From Syntrophales bacterium (GTDB taxonomy: Bacteria > Desulfobacterota > Syntrophia > Syntrophales > UBA2210), in contig CAXXNF010000001.1 of NCBI GenBank assembly GCA_963666365.2, positions 1,024,001 to 1,088,000 on the forward strand: a stretch of 64,000 nt of DNA. Reading direction: 5' to 3'. Positions within the stretch are counted from its first letter, which is position 1. Every line of letters begins with the position of its first letter. Positions 52,208-61,600 of the stretch are shown in pieces. Below the pieces are notes generated by a model, which had not been told where the DNA came from, searched no databases, and was given only the letters and a program-made list of their open reading frames with translations. A program made the translations under genes and the position numbers.

Positions 52208-53320
52208 ATGAGTATAAAAACAGCCTATACCACCGAGAAAATAACAGGAAAGGCCGTGGATGCTATAAGAGCGAATTTTTCCGGAGAGAATCCGAAAGCC
52301 CTTATATATTTTGCCTCATCGTCCTACGGCGCTGATGAGCTCGCCGCTACGATGCAAAAGGCCTTCGGCGAAGTGCCGGTATTCGGTTGCACGACGGCGG
52401 GAGAAATTGTGTCCGGTAAAATGTTGGATAATTCCATTGTGGCCATGGCGCTCGGGTCCGATGTAATTGACGATATATCGATCGCCGTAGTGGAAAATGT
52501 AAGCGCCGGGGACAAGGCAACCATTCAGCATGCCTTCAGTGCCTTTGAAAAATATTTCAGTGCCGACATGTCCACACTGGATTTCACACAATATGTAGGG
52601 ATCATTCTCGCCGACGGCATGAGCGGCGCCGAAGAAAGACTGATGGAATGGATCGGCGATCTGACCAATGTCACATTTGTGGGTGGATCTGCAGGTGATG
52701 ATCTTGCATTTAACAGGACCTATCTCTTTGCACAGGGGAAGGCCTATACAGACGCGGCCCTTCTGGTTCTGATACAATCAGCCAGAACTTTCGATATCGT
52801 CAAGACCCAGAGTTTCAAGATTCTGGACCGTACACTGACGGCAACAAAAGTGGATGAAAAAAATCGGGAGGTGATTGAATTTGACAACCGGCCTGCCGTA
52901 GACGCCTACGCGGAGGCAGTGGGAATACCTGTGGCGGAAGTGGCTGACTATTTCATGAAATACCCTCTCGGCCTTGTCATCGATGGGGAGCCCTACGTAA
53001 GAAGCCCACAGCAGGTAAAGGATAAGGGCATTGTCTTTTACTGTCAGATACTGGAGGGCATGGAGCTTTCCCTGCTGGAATCGGGAGATATTGTGGGAGA
53101 CACAAAAGTCGCCCTTGAGAAGAAAGAACAAGAACTGGGATCGCTTTCAGGCATCTTGAATTTTCACTGCATTCTGAGGACGCTGGAACTGAAAGAAGAA
53201 GGGAAAACAGATGAATACGGCGCGGTGTTTTCCCATACTCCCACCATCGGATTCAGTACCTATGGCGAGGAATATCTCGGCCACATCAACCAAACCTCGA
53301 CAATACTCGTTTTCCGATAG
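52208..53320 (+). CDS. Stand-alone FIST (NosP-like) sensory domain protein
   Basis: GCTTAGEI, GGSAGD, CILR, GFSTYGE, NQT motifs. Confidence 0.9.
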   Translation: MSIKTAYTTEKITGKAVDAIRANFSGENPKALIYFASSSYGADELAATMQKAFGEVPVFGCTTAGEIVSGKMLDNSIVAMALGSDVIDDISIAVVENVSAGDKATIQHAFSAFEKYFSADMSTLDFTQYVGIILADGMSGAEERLMEWIGDLTNVTFVGGSAGDDLAFNRTYLFAQGKAYTDAALLVLIQSARTFDIVKTQSFKILDRTLTATKVDEKNREVIEFDNRPAVDAYAEAVGIPVAEVADYFMKYPLGLVIDGEPYVRSPQQVKDKGIVFYCQILEGMELSLLESGDIVGDTKVALEKKEQELGSLSGILNFHCILRTLELKEEGKTDEYGAVFSHTPTIGFSTYGEEYLGHINQTSTILVFR

Positions 53321-53326
53321 GCGTGT

Positions 53327-53359
53327 ATTCCGGGGGCGCCGAACCGGTTCCCCCGGAAT
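53327..53359. terminator. Hairpin between convergent genes
   Basis: ATTCCGGGGG...CCCCCGGAAT inverted repeat. Confidence 0.55.
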
Positions 53360-53414
53360 GGCGTCCCTGCCCGATCCTTTCACACATTTTTGTCCTGCTG
53401 AAAGACGAAATGCC

Positions 53415-53846
53415 CTATTTTGGGGTATTCAGGAAGGGAAGCGGGGCGTCTTTCCGGTAAACCAGAGCGTTACAGGTAGCCATGAGACGTTCCTTTTCGT
53501 CCTTCACAGTAATTGCATAGGTTGCCGTTCGTCGGGTTCTGCTGATTTCGGTCGCTTCAGCCCTCAGCGTGTCGCCGATTTCAGGCGCCGCTATGTAGGT
53601 AACATTCATATTCAGGGCAACCGCCATAATGCCGTGGGAATTGGAGGCGATCTCGAAGGCCTCGTCTAAAAGTGAAAAAATCGCCCCTCCGTGGGCCATA
53701 CCGAAGATGTTCGCCATCTCCTCGGTAAGCGCCATTTCCACAAGCGCATACCCTTCATCAACCGCACACAGTCGGATCCCCATTTTCCCGGCGTAGGGTT
53801 CGTGCAACACCTCCATTTTTATTGATTCTTCAATTTCCTTACGCAC
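53415..53846 (-). CDS. PaaI family hot-dog thioesterase
   Basis: N..G.AHGGAIFSLLDEAF..ASNS. Confidence 0.9.
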   Translation of the reverse strand: MRKEIEESIKMEVLHEPYAGKMGIRLCAVDEGYALVEMALTEEMANIFGMAHGGAIFSLLDEAFEIASNSHGIMAVALNMNVTYIAAPEIGDTLRAEATEISRTRRTATYAITVKDEKERLMATCNALVYRKDAPLPFLNTPK

Positions 53847-54035
53847 CTGTCCCCCCTGCGTTTTTCTGTAGTGATATAGGAAATTCAGGAATGTGTCTAT
53901 CTATAAATCATCGAAACTTACATGTTCCCTTTATGGAAAAATTCTTCACAAAGCACTTGACACCCTTCGGTACACGCGCTAGTGTGCGTGATTTTAATGT
54001 GTAGTCATACTATTTGCTGAAAAAGAAAGGTCATA

Positions 54036-54212
54036 ATGGGAATATTACAGAACCTCCTCTCAAGGAAAAAATCGCCAGAAGACATAAAACTTGGCAGAAA
54101 CGATCTGTGCTGGTGCGGGAGCGGCAAAAAATACAAGCGATGCTGCATGGAAGATGACGCCAGGAAACGATCGAGCAGAATCGCCGAAGCGGCGATTCAG
54201 GGCAAGCGATAA
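54036..54212 (+). CDS. Small SEC-C metal-binding motif protein (58 aa); not in the ORF track
   Basis: [28 protein letters not shown] upstream; TTGACA-17nt-TAGTGT promoter-like sequence at ~53957-53985. Confidence 0.85.
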   Translation: MGILQNLLSRKKSPEDIKLGRNDLCWCGSGKKYKRCCMEDDARKRSSRIAEAAIQGKR

Positions 54213-54278
54213 TATGAACCGGCAATCAGAATCGCACACACACGATTCTCATTGGACATAGGCTATAAGGAGATCAGT

Positions 54279-54764
54279 ATGCAACAAAAGCAATGGGACA
54301 CACGGCCGGCATTGACAATCGATCCGGAGAAAAGCTACCGGGCATCGATAGAAACTGAAAAGGGGAAAATAGAGCTGACTCTTTATCCCCAGCACGCGCC
54401 TCAGACGGTAAACAACTTTGTATTCCTGGCACGGGAAGGATTTTATGACGGCGTCGCCTTTCACCGGGTAATCGGGAATTTTATGATTCAGGGAGGCGAT
54501 CCGACGGGCACTGGCAGGGGAGGACCGGGGTACCATTTTGAGGATGAAATAAAGGGTAATCCGCTGCAGCATGAAACCGGGGTCATTTCAATGGCGAATG
54601 CCGGTCCCCATACTAATGGAAGCCAGTTTTTCATTACCCATTCGCCGCAACCGCACCTGAACGGCAACCATACGGTCTTCGGGAAGGTCACGGCGGGGCA
54701 GAGCGTGGTAAACGCAATCCGCCAGGGAGACAGGATGATTAAAGTTACCATTGAGGAGCTGTAG
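54279..54764 (+). CDS. Cyclophilin-type peptidylprolyl isomerase
   Basis: [37 protein letters not shown]. Confidence 0.96.
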   Translation: MQQKQWDTRPALTIDPEKSYRASIETEKGKIELTLYPQHAPQTVNNFVFLAREGFYDGVAFHRVIGNFMIQGGDPTGTGRGGPGYHFEDEIKGNPLQHETGVISMANAGPHTNGSQFFITHSPQPHLNGNHTVFGKVTAGQSVVNAIRQGDRMIKVTIEEL

Positions 54765-54862
54765 TCTTCTTAACCGTTGACCCCCTCTCGGCGCCGGTAG
54801 TATAGTAGAACAACTTGTGCAGTGTGCAAAAAGGCTTCCTGAAAGGATATAGAGGGCATGCC

Positions 54863-56659
54863 ATGACTCTGCAGATGCTGCTTGTATTTCTGATTCTCGC
54901 CGTAACGGTGTTTCTTATTGCAAGTGACGCCCTGAGGGTGGACATAGTCGCCATTTCGGTTATGGTACTCCTGCCCTGGCTGGGTCTCCTCACGCCGGCG
55001 GAGGCATTTTCCGGACTTGCCAGCAATGCCGTAGTAGCAGTTATCGCCGTGATGATCCTGGGGTATGGGGTGGATCGTTCCGGCGCCGTCAACCGACTGA
55101 TACACCCTATTATTCTATTTGCCCGTAACGACGAACGACGTCTTATCGGCGTAGTAACCGTTACGGTAGGACTGATTTCAGCCTTTATGCAGAACAGCGG
55201 GGTTGTTGCCCTCTTCCTGCCCGCCATGCTGAGAATCTCAAAGAGTACGGGAATGCCGGCTTCACGCCTTTTGATGCCCATGGCCTTTGCCGTACTGCTG
55301 GGAGGAAACCTTAGCATGATCGGATCGGCGCCCTTGATAATCCTTAATGACCTGCTTCGCCAGGGTGGAGAGAACGATTTCGGTCTGTTCTCCGTGACGC
55401 CGGCGGGAATTGTTCTACTCGGAGCAGGAGTTCTCTATTTTTTCTTTTTCGGAAATCGCGTACTGCCCGATCTGGGGAAACGGTCAAAAAAATCCGTAAG
55501 CGCCCAGCAAAAACTAATAGAAACCTGGCATCTTCCCACAACCATCTACCAGTGCGCAGTTCCGGCGCAAAGCCCCCTGGTAGGTAAAACGAGGGGAGAA
55601 GCCCAGATTCGGGCGCACTACCGGCTGAATCTTCTTGCCTTGGCGCAGGGGGACGATGTGCACTACGCCCCATGGCGACATACGCCTTTTGCTGCGGGAC
55701 AGCGCATGGCGCTTCTGGGGAACAAGGACGATCTGAACAGATTTGTCAATGATTACGGGCTTATGTACAAAGAAGACGCCAGGCCCTTCGAGCATCTGGA
55801 AACCGCGGGAAATGCCGGCTTTGCCGAACTGATCATTCCTGTCCGGGCGCCGATTATTGGAAAGTCACTGCGCGACATCGCACTTCGCAAGACCTACGGT
55901 GTCGAGCCGATCATGTTGCTAAGCGGCGAGGGTGAGGCGCGGCAGAATTTTTCCGATGAACAACTTCAGGCAGGAAATGCGCTTATCGTTCACGGAAGAT
56001 GGCAGCAAATCAGAGCGATGGCCGACAACAACAACTTCGTGCTCATTACCCCCGTTGACGCAAAAGAAGAGGCGGAAGAGGCACGGCCGGGAATGGCTTT
56101 GGTCTGTTTTATCGGCGCCATTATTCTCACCCTCTTAGGCCTCCCCATTGCCCTCGGTCTCCTGACGGGCGCCTTGGCAATGATTCTGCTGCGTGTTGTC
56201 CCCATTGATGAAGCCTACCGATCCGTCAACTGGCGAACAGTGTTTCTTCTGGCGGGATTGATTCCGCTGGGAATCGCCATGGATCAGAGCGGCGCCGCTC
56301 GGTATGTAGCCTCCCATGCACTCCACCTTCTGGAAGGAAGCTCCCCGATTCTGATACTCTGCACCGTCGGTCTCCTTACCACCTTCTTTACTCTCGTCAT
56401 ATCAAACGTGGCCGCCACGGTGCTCCTGGTTCCTCTGGCAATGGTCATGGCCGATTTGTCGGACATTAATCCCCGCGGCATGGCACTCCTGGTCGCCCTC
56501 TGCGCCTCGAATTCATTTCTGCTTCCCACGCATCAGGTAAACGCACTGATTCTGGCGCCGGGGGGATATAAGACGGCGGATTTCATGCGCACAGGCAGCA
56601 TACTGACTATTTTGTTTCTCGGCATATCGGTGCTCTTTATCTACCTGTTTCATGTGTGA
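54863..56659 (+). CDS. SLC13 family permease with two TrkA-C domains
   Basis: Hydrophobic N- and C-terminal halves, SAFMQN, ISNVAAT, P.HQVN; central RCK-C repeats. Confidence 0.9.
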   Translation: MTLQMLLVFLILAVTVFLIASDALRVDIVAISVMVLLPWLGLLTPAEAFSGLASNAVVAVIAVMILGYGVDRSGAVNRLIHPIILFARNDERRLIGVVTVTVGLISAFMQNSGVVALFLPAMLRISKSTGMPASRLLMPMAFAVLLGGNLSMIGSAPLIILNDLLRQGGENDFGLFSVTPAGIVLLGAGVLYFFFFGNRVLPDLGKRSKKSVSAQQKLIETWHLPTTIYQCAVPAQSPLVGKTRGEAQIRAHYRLNLLALAQGDDVHYAPWRHTPFAAGQRMALLGNKDDLNRFVNDYGLMYKEDARPFEHLETAGNAGFAELIIPVRAPIIGKSLRDIALRKTYGVEPIMLLSGEGEARQNFSDEQLQAGNALIVHGRWQQIRAMADNNNFVLITPVDAKEEAEEARPGMALVCFIGAIILTLLGLPIALGLLTGALAMILLRVVPIDEAYRSVNWRTVFLLAGLIPLGIAMDQSGAARYVASHALHLLEGSSPILILCTVGLLTTFFTLVISNVAATVLLVPLAMVMADLSDINPRGMALLVALCASNSFLLPTHQVNALILAPGGYKTADFMRTGSILTILFLGISVLFIYLFHV

Positions 56660-56821
56660 CGCCGCCGCAGAAAGGGCCATAGAAACAGAAACGCGCCGAG
56701 ACTGTTCTCTTATCAGGCCTTTATATATGCAATGTTCCGGTCTCTTAGGAGAAACAATGTAACCTCTTGCGTCGGCTATGCGACGTACTATATACACAAT
56801 GAAGAAAAGAGGTGTACGGTC

Positions 56822-57622
56822 ATGTTGCAAAGAGCCAAAAAACGGCGGGTCCGGGGTTCGATTGTCCTTGCCGCGATATTTGCATCGGCCTTCGTGCTGC
56901 CCCATAACGAAGTACTGGCATTTCACAGGCACTCTCCGGAGAGTCCACAGAGTTATCAGTCCCGCATAAATCAGTCGAACCTGCAACAGCCAGAACTGTC
57001 TCGTCCCGCGGCGCATCACTCCCGAATCTACCAGCCAAGGGCGTATCGGTCACGCGCGGCCCGCCCTCCTGTGCATTACTCATACTGGCGGGATCACGAC
57101 CCGTTACTGCGGTTGCTGCCGCTTGGCGTCGCCCTGCTGACCATCGCCGGCATTCATTATTACTACCATCAGGAACGGGACGTCTACTACAGGCAGGCGC
57201 CCTCCGGGTATATAACGGTTCCACCGCCGATCGGCGCCTGTGTGAAGACCCTTCCCATTGGATACACGACCTTTTATGCAAGCGACGCCAGGTACTTTTA
57301 TTATGGAGGCGTCTATTACCGGAGGGCGCCGGCGGGGTATATCGTGGTGAACCCTCCCTACATGATCCAGTCTTCGAGTGGTGCGGCAGAACCTTCCGCG
57401 ACAGGTTCATCATCGGCACGCGTTACTGTCACAGCCCAGTTGTTGAATGTTCGCTCCGGTCCCGGCGTGGAACATCCTATCATTCATCAGGTCGCCAAAG
57501 GCACTCTTCTGGAAACTCACGGCACTGCTCCGGGATGGCTGTATGTCAAACTTCCGGTGGGTTGTTATGGGTGGGTAATGATTCAATTTACCGCATCCTC
57601 CACACCGGCAACCTGTGGATAA
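56822..57622 (+). CDS. Exported Tyr/Pro-rich protein (DUF6515-like) with C-terminal SH3b domain
   Basis: Signal peptide, repeated YYY...GY.VV.PP, LNVRSGPG...GW...GWV. Confidence 0.75.
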   Translation: MLQRAKKRRVRGSIVLAAIFASAFVLPHNEVLAFHRHSPESPQSYQSRINQSNLQQPELSRPAAHHSRIYQPRAYRSRAARPPVHYSYWRDHDPLLRLLPLGVALLTIAGIHYYYHQERDVYYRQAPSGYITVPPPIGACVKTLPIGYTTFYASDARYFYYGGVYYRRAPAGYIVVNPPYMIQSSSGAAEPSATGSSSARVTVTAQLLNVRSGPGVEHPIIHQVAKGTLLETHGTAPGWLYVKLPVGCYGWVMIQFTASSTPATCG

Positions 57623-57641
57623 CCAACGTCCGCTCTAACAG

Positions 57642-57684
57642 GGGGAGAATTCCTTTCTGAAGGAACTCTCCCCGTATTTTTTTT
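57642..57684 (+). terminator. Intrinsic terminator
   Basis: GGGGAGAATTCCTT-tctg-AAGGAACTCTCCCC followed by a T-run. Confidence 0.75.
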
Positions 57685-57865
57685 GCCCCACCCCCCTTTC
57701 CCGTTGCTATTCCTCCCCCGATTGTTTATTATACACACTATTTCGTGCACGAACGATAGACGACACAACGTGCACCATGAGTACCGCGACCGTTATGCGG
57801 CACTGAAGATTATCGATTCCCTGCAAACCTGTACGGCTGTCACAGGCATTTTTTAAGGATAGACT

Positions 57866-58849
57866 ATGGCACTCATCAATACGGTTCTCGGTCCCATACA
57901 CCCGGACTCCCTGGGACCGACCCTCGTGCATGAACACCTTGCAATCGGCTTTCCAGGATGGGAATTAGATCCCCTGGCAGGGTCAACGAACCGGAGGCAC
58001 ATCGTTGAAACCTGTCTCAAGGCGCTCAAACCGGCAAAAGATCTCGGCCTCCGTTCCCTCATTGACGCCACTCCCCCCGATCTTTCCAGAGATGTGGAAA
58101 TCATGAGGGAAGTGTCCGAGAAGGCAGAGATCAATGTCATCTGTGCCACGGGCAGGTATGATGAGGAAAAAGGAACCTGGACCTATCTGAAATTCAAGAA
58201 CCAGGGTGATATGGGGGCCATCCGGGGAGAACTCTATGAGGGGTTTATGCGAGAGGTCACCTCTGGAATCGGCCCGTTGCATATAAAGCCCGGCGTCATA
58301 AAAGTCGCCACGGGGCTGGGACATATTTCCCCCTGTGAAGAGGCACTGCTGACGGCGGCGGCCAGAGTCAGCAAGGAAACGGGCGTCCCCATCGTCACCC
58401 ATACCGAAGACGGCACCATGGGACCGGAACAGGCGCAGCTTCTTATTGACGAAGGCGCCGACCCGAACCGCATCATGATCGGCCATATGTGCGGCAATCA
58501 ATCGCTTGACTATCACAGGTCCGTGTTGCACAGAGGCGTCAACATTGCCTTCGACCGCTTCGGGGTCGATATTTTCGTTTCCGACGCGGCGCGCCTCGCC
58601 ACACTCGTCGCGCTTCTGCGTGAAGGGCACGCCGAAAATATCATGCTCTCCCATGACCATGTCAGCGCAACCTTCGGCCGCGGCGGCGTCTGGCCGACAC
58701 ACCTGCTCCCCCAGACCGTTAATTGGTCCTTTTCCCACATATTCAAGGCCATCATCCCGGCACTCAAACAGGAAGGGATCGAAGATGAGATGATTCGCAC
58801 AATGATAATCGACAATCCCCGCCGTCTCTTTGAAGGAACAGCCGAATAA
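57866..58849 (+). CDS. Phosphotriesterase-related amidohydrolase
   Basis: TLVHEH, GVIKVAT, THT, IGH, LSHD, NPRRLF. Confidence 0.92.
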   Translation: MALINTVLGPIHPDSLGPTLVHEHLAIGFPGWELDPLAGSTNRRHIVETCLKALKPAKDLGLRSLIDATPPDLSRDVEIMREVSEKAEINVICATGRYDEEKGTWTYLKFKNQGDMGAIRGELYEGFMREVTSGIGPLHIKPGVIKVATGLGHISPCEEALLTAAARVSKETGVPIVTHTEDGTMGPEQAQLLIDEGADPNRIMIGHMCGNQSLDYHRSVLHRGVNIAFDRFGVDIFVSDAARLATLVALLREGHAENIMLSHDHVSATFGRGGVWPTHLLPQTVNWSFSHIFKAIIPALKQEGIEDEMIRTMIIDNPRRLFEGTAE

Positions 58850-58886
58850 ACCAAAAACCCGGAATTTAAATAGAGGAGGAAGATTC

Positions 58887-59555
58887 ATGGAGCTGAAAGA
58901 AGCCATTGCGAAGAGGAGAAGCATTCGGAGTTACAGAAACGATCCCCTGTCAAAGGAGACACTTGCGGAAATCATCGAAACGTCTCTACGCGCACCGTCG
59001 GCGATGAACGTACAGCCATGGGAAATTATTGTCCTCGCCGGCGCCCCCCTCGATGAGCTCCGCCGGGCTAATATGGAAAAACTGAGCGCCGGCGCCGCAC
59101 CGGTTTCCGATTTCGGCCATGCGAAGCCCTATGAAGGTGTCCATAAAGAACGCCAGCGTACCCTGGGATTCGACCTTTACGGGCTTCTGGGCATTGCCCG
59201 CGACGATACGCAAAAGCGAACGGAGTGGACCATGAAGGGGTTTCGCGGGTTCGACGCACCGGCCATGATTATACTCGCGGCCGATGAGAGCCTGGATGTC
59301 CGCCTGGCCGCCTCCGATATCGGGGGGCTGATACAGACGATCTGCCTGACGGCACTTGAATACGGTCTGGGTACCTGCATCAATGGCCAGGGCGTCTTTT
59401 TCCCCGACGAAGTCAGAAAAATCGTCGGCATCCCGCCGTCTAAAAAAATCTACATCTGTATCGCTATCGGCTACCCCGATTGGGATCACCCGGCAAATGC
59501 ACTGGAAAGTGCGAGAGAGTCGGTTGAAACCATGGTGCGCTGGGTCGGCCTCTAA
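58887..59555 (+). CDS. Nitroreductase family protein
   Basis: RRSIR, APSAMNVQPW, GLGTC, IAIGYPD. Confidence 0.92.
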   Translation: MELKEAIAKRRSIRSYRNDPLSKETLAEIIETSLRAPSAMNVQPWEIIVLAGAPLDELRRANMEKLSAGAAPVSDFGHAKPYEGVHKERQRTLGFDLYGLLGIARDDTQKRTEWTMKGFRGFDAPAMIILAADESLDVRLAASDIGGLIQTICLTALEYGLGTCINGQGVFFPDEVRKIVGIPPSKKIYICIAIGYPDWDHPANALESARESVETMVRWVGL

Positions 59556-59602
59556 TGCACTGCGAAGATGTCAAATTGTAAATTATGAAGAAAGGAAACA
59601 CC

Positions 59603-60295
59603 ATGGCACTTATCCAATATGAGATGGACGAGCATATGGCAGTGGTCACTATGAATGCCGGTGAAAACCGCTTTAACTTCCCCTTCATCCGGGCATTCAT
59701 GGAAGTGCTGGACGAGATCGAGGAAAAAACCGATGCAAAGGCGCTCGCGGTGAAATCATCGGATGTAAAGATATGGTCCAACGGCATTGACCTGAACTGG
59801 CTTCTTCCGGTGATCGAAAGGCAGGAGCAGGCATTGATCAATTCATTCCTGCGAGAGTTATTTGGCTTGATGAGACGCGTACTCCTCTATCCGATGCCCA
59901 CTATTGCCGCCATTAACGGTCACGCCTTTGCAGGCGGCGCATTTCTGTCATTCGCCCACGACTTCCGCTTCATGCGTAATGACAGGGGGTGGATCTGCAT
60001 GCCCGAGGTGGATCTCGGCATGTCACTTACACCGGTGTTTGTGGCGCTTTCGAAACGGGCGGTTCCCATGTATATGTTCGAAGAGATGCAATACACGGCA
60101 CGAAGGCTCACGGCGCAGGAATGCGAGCAACACCACATCATTACGAAAGCCTGTGCCAACGAGGAGCTGCTGTCCGAGGTGCGGGCCTTTGCAATGCCCC
60201 TGAAAAAAGACCGGGAAGTAATCCGGAAAATGAAGATTGAAACCCACGACCAAACCCTTGCCGTAATCGACAGGGAACTTGCATCTCTGTCGTGA
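59603..60295 (+). CDS. Enoyl-CoA hydratase/isomerase family protein (delta3,delta2-isomerase-like)
   Basis: SNGIDL, PTIAAINGHAFAGG, CMPEVDLG. Confidence 0.9.
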   Translation: MALIQYEMDEHMAVVTMNAGENRFNFPFIRAFMEVLDEIEEKTDAKALAVKSSDVKIWSNGIDLNWLLPVIERQEQALINSFLRELFGLMRRVLLYPMPTIAAINGHAFAGGAFLSFAHDFRFMRNDRGWICMPEVDLGMSLTPVFVALSKRAVPMYMFEEMQYTARRLTAQECEQHHIITKACANEELLSEVRAFAMPLKKDREVIRKMKIETHDQTLAVIDRELASLS

Positions 60296-60442
60296 AGAGA
60301 CGACCAGCGCATAAGGAAGAATGAGGAATGACCGGTAACCGGTATAAAGAACGAATCGCCAAACCGGTGGGCATCAGGCGCGAAGGCTCAACAAAGGGCA
60401 TCTTCAGAGCGCTCCATTCGTGGCATTAACGAGGACAGCCCG

Positions 60443-61360
60443 TTGAAGATTCATTCTCTGGATGACATTTCGAGACTGGCACGTGAAAAAGGGCCGAAAA
60501 CACTTGCTGTTCTCGCACCGGAGGACGAGGAGTTTATGGCGGCGGTAAAAGAGGCGCGCCGACTCGGTTTTATTGAACCTCTGCTCATCGGTGATGTGGA
60601 GATCATGAAAACCATGGCCGAGAAGGTGGAATTCGATATAAGCCCCTTCGAAACGATTTCCCTGCGTGACAAACAGGAGATCTCAGACCTGGGCATCGCA
60701 CTGCTTTTTTCCGGTCAGCGCGCCATTGCCAGCAAAGGGCAGATTCCCACCTCTTTTATCTACCGTTCGATCATTCGGCAGGAGGCCACGGCGGGTTCCG
60801 GCATGACGGTCAGTGTGGTCTGCTTCTGGGAAGTTCCAGGCGTCGATCATCTGGTGGCGCTGACCGATACAGGCGTCAACATCGCGCCCAATGTAAGAGC
60901 CAAGGCGGAAATACTGAAAAACGCCGTCTTTGTCTGCCGCCTGCTGGGCTATGAGAAACCGAAAATCGCCATACTCTCGGGCCGGCGGGAAATCGGCGGC
61001 GGCCTTCAATCATTTAAGGATTTCGAGAAACTGAAGGAATACGCCGCTTTGGGGAAACTGGGGCTGTGCGAAATGCTCGAAGCCACGTCTTTTACCGACA
61101 TCTTTCTGGGCCAAGGAAAGAGGTTTAAAAATTACGAGGAGATCCGTACTGAAACTATGCCCCATATCCTCCTTGTCCCATCGCTCGATGCGGGAAACAT
61201 TATCTGCAAACTCGATTTCTTTCTCAATGTGACGCGAAGCGCCCTGGTGGCTACCTCGCGTGGGCCGGTCTGCATCCCGGCCCGTTCGGATCTTTGTGAT
61301 AACATCGTCCAGCAGATGGCCACGTGCGTCGTCCTGGCGGACCGAATGGAGACCCGATGA
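60443..61360 (+). CDS. Phosphate acyl/butyryltransferase family protein (divergent)
   Basis: KG, DTGVNIAP, ILLVPSLDAGNI, RSD; TTG start with SD GAGGA. Confidence 0.78.
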   Translation: MKIHSLDDISRLAREKGPKTLAVLAPEDEEFMAAVKEARRLGFIEPLLIGDVEIMKTMAEKVEFDISPFETISLRDKQEISDLGIALLFSGQRAIASKGQIPTSFIYRSIIRQEATAGSGMTVSVVCFWEVPGVDHLVALTDTGVNIAPNVRAKAEILKNAVFVCRLLGYEKPKIAILSGRREIGGGLQSFKDFEKLKEYAALGKLGLCEMLEATSFTDIFLGQGKRFKNYEEIRTETMPHILLVPSLDAGNIICKLDFFLNVTRSALVATSRGPVCIPARSDLCDNIVQQMATCVVLADRMETR

Positions 61361-61444
61361 GCTGCCGCAAAACGCTTCTCTATGCCAACATATTGGCATT
61401 ATAATGGAAAGTCTTCGCAAAGTGCCGGGAATAAAAACATTATT

Positions 61445-61526
61445 TCGCGCAGAGACGCAGGGACGCTGAGGATAAAAGGAAATAAAAAAATGTTTTTCTC
61501 TGCGCGTCTTGACGTCTCTGCGGGAG
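61445..61526. repeat. CGCAGAG-type inverted repeat element, copy D
   Basis: TCGCGCAGAGACGCAGGGACGCTGAG (61445-61470) pairs with CTCTGCGCGTCTTGACGTCTCTGCGGGAG (61498-61526). Confidence 0.8.
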
Positions 61527-61600
61527 AGAATGAACAGGTTACTTGGGTTCAGAACAATAGGGGTTACCTTGCTTTTTTTATGCATGTACTGTCGGGTACG

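Noticed and set aside
60328..60429. 33-aa ORF (MTGNRYKERIAKPVG...) between the isomerase and transacylase genes
   Set aside because: No motif and no well-spaced SD; likely chance
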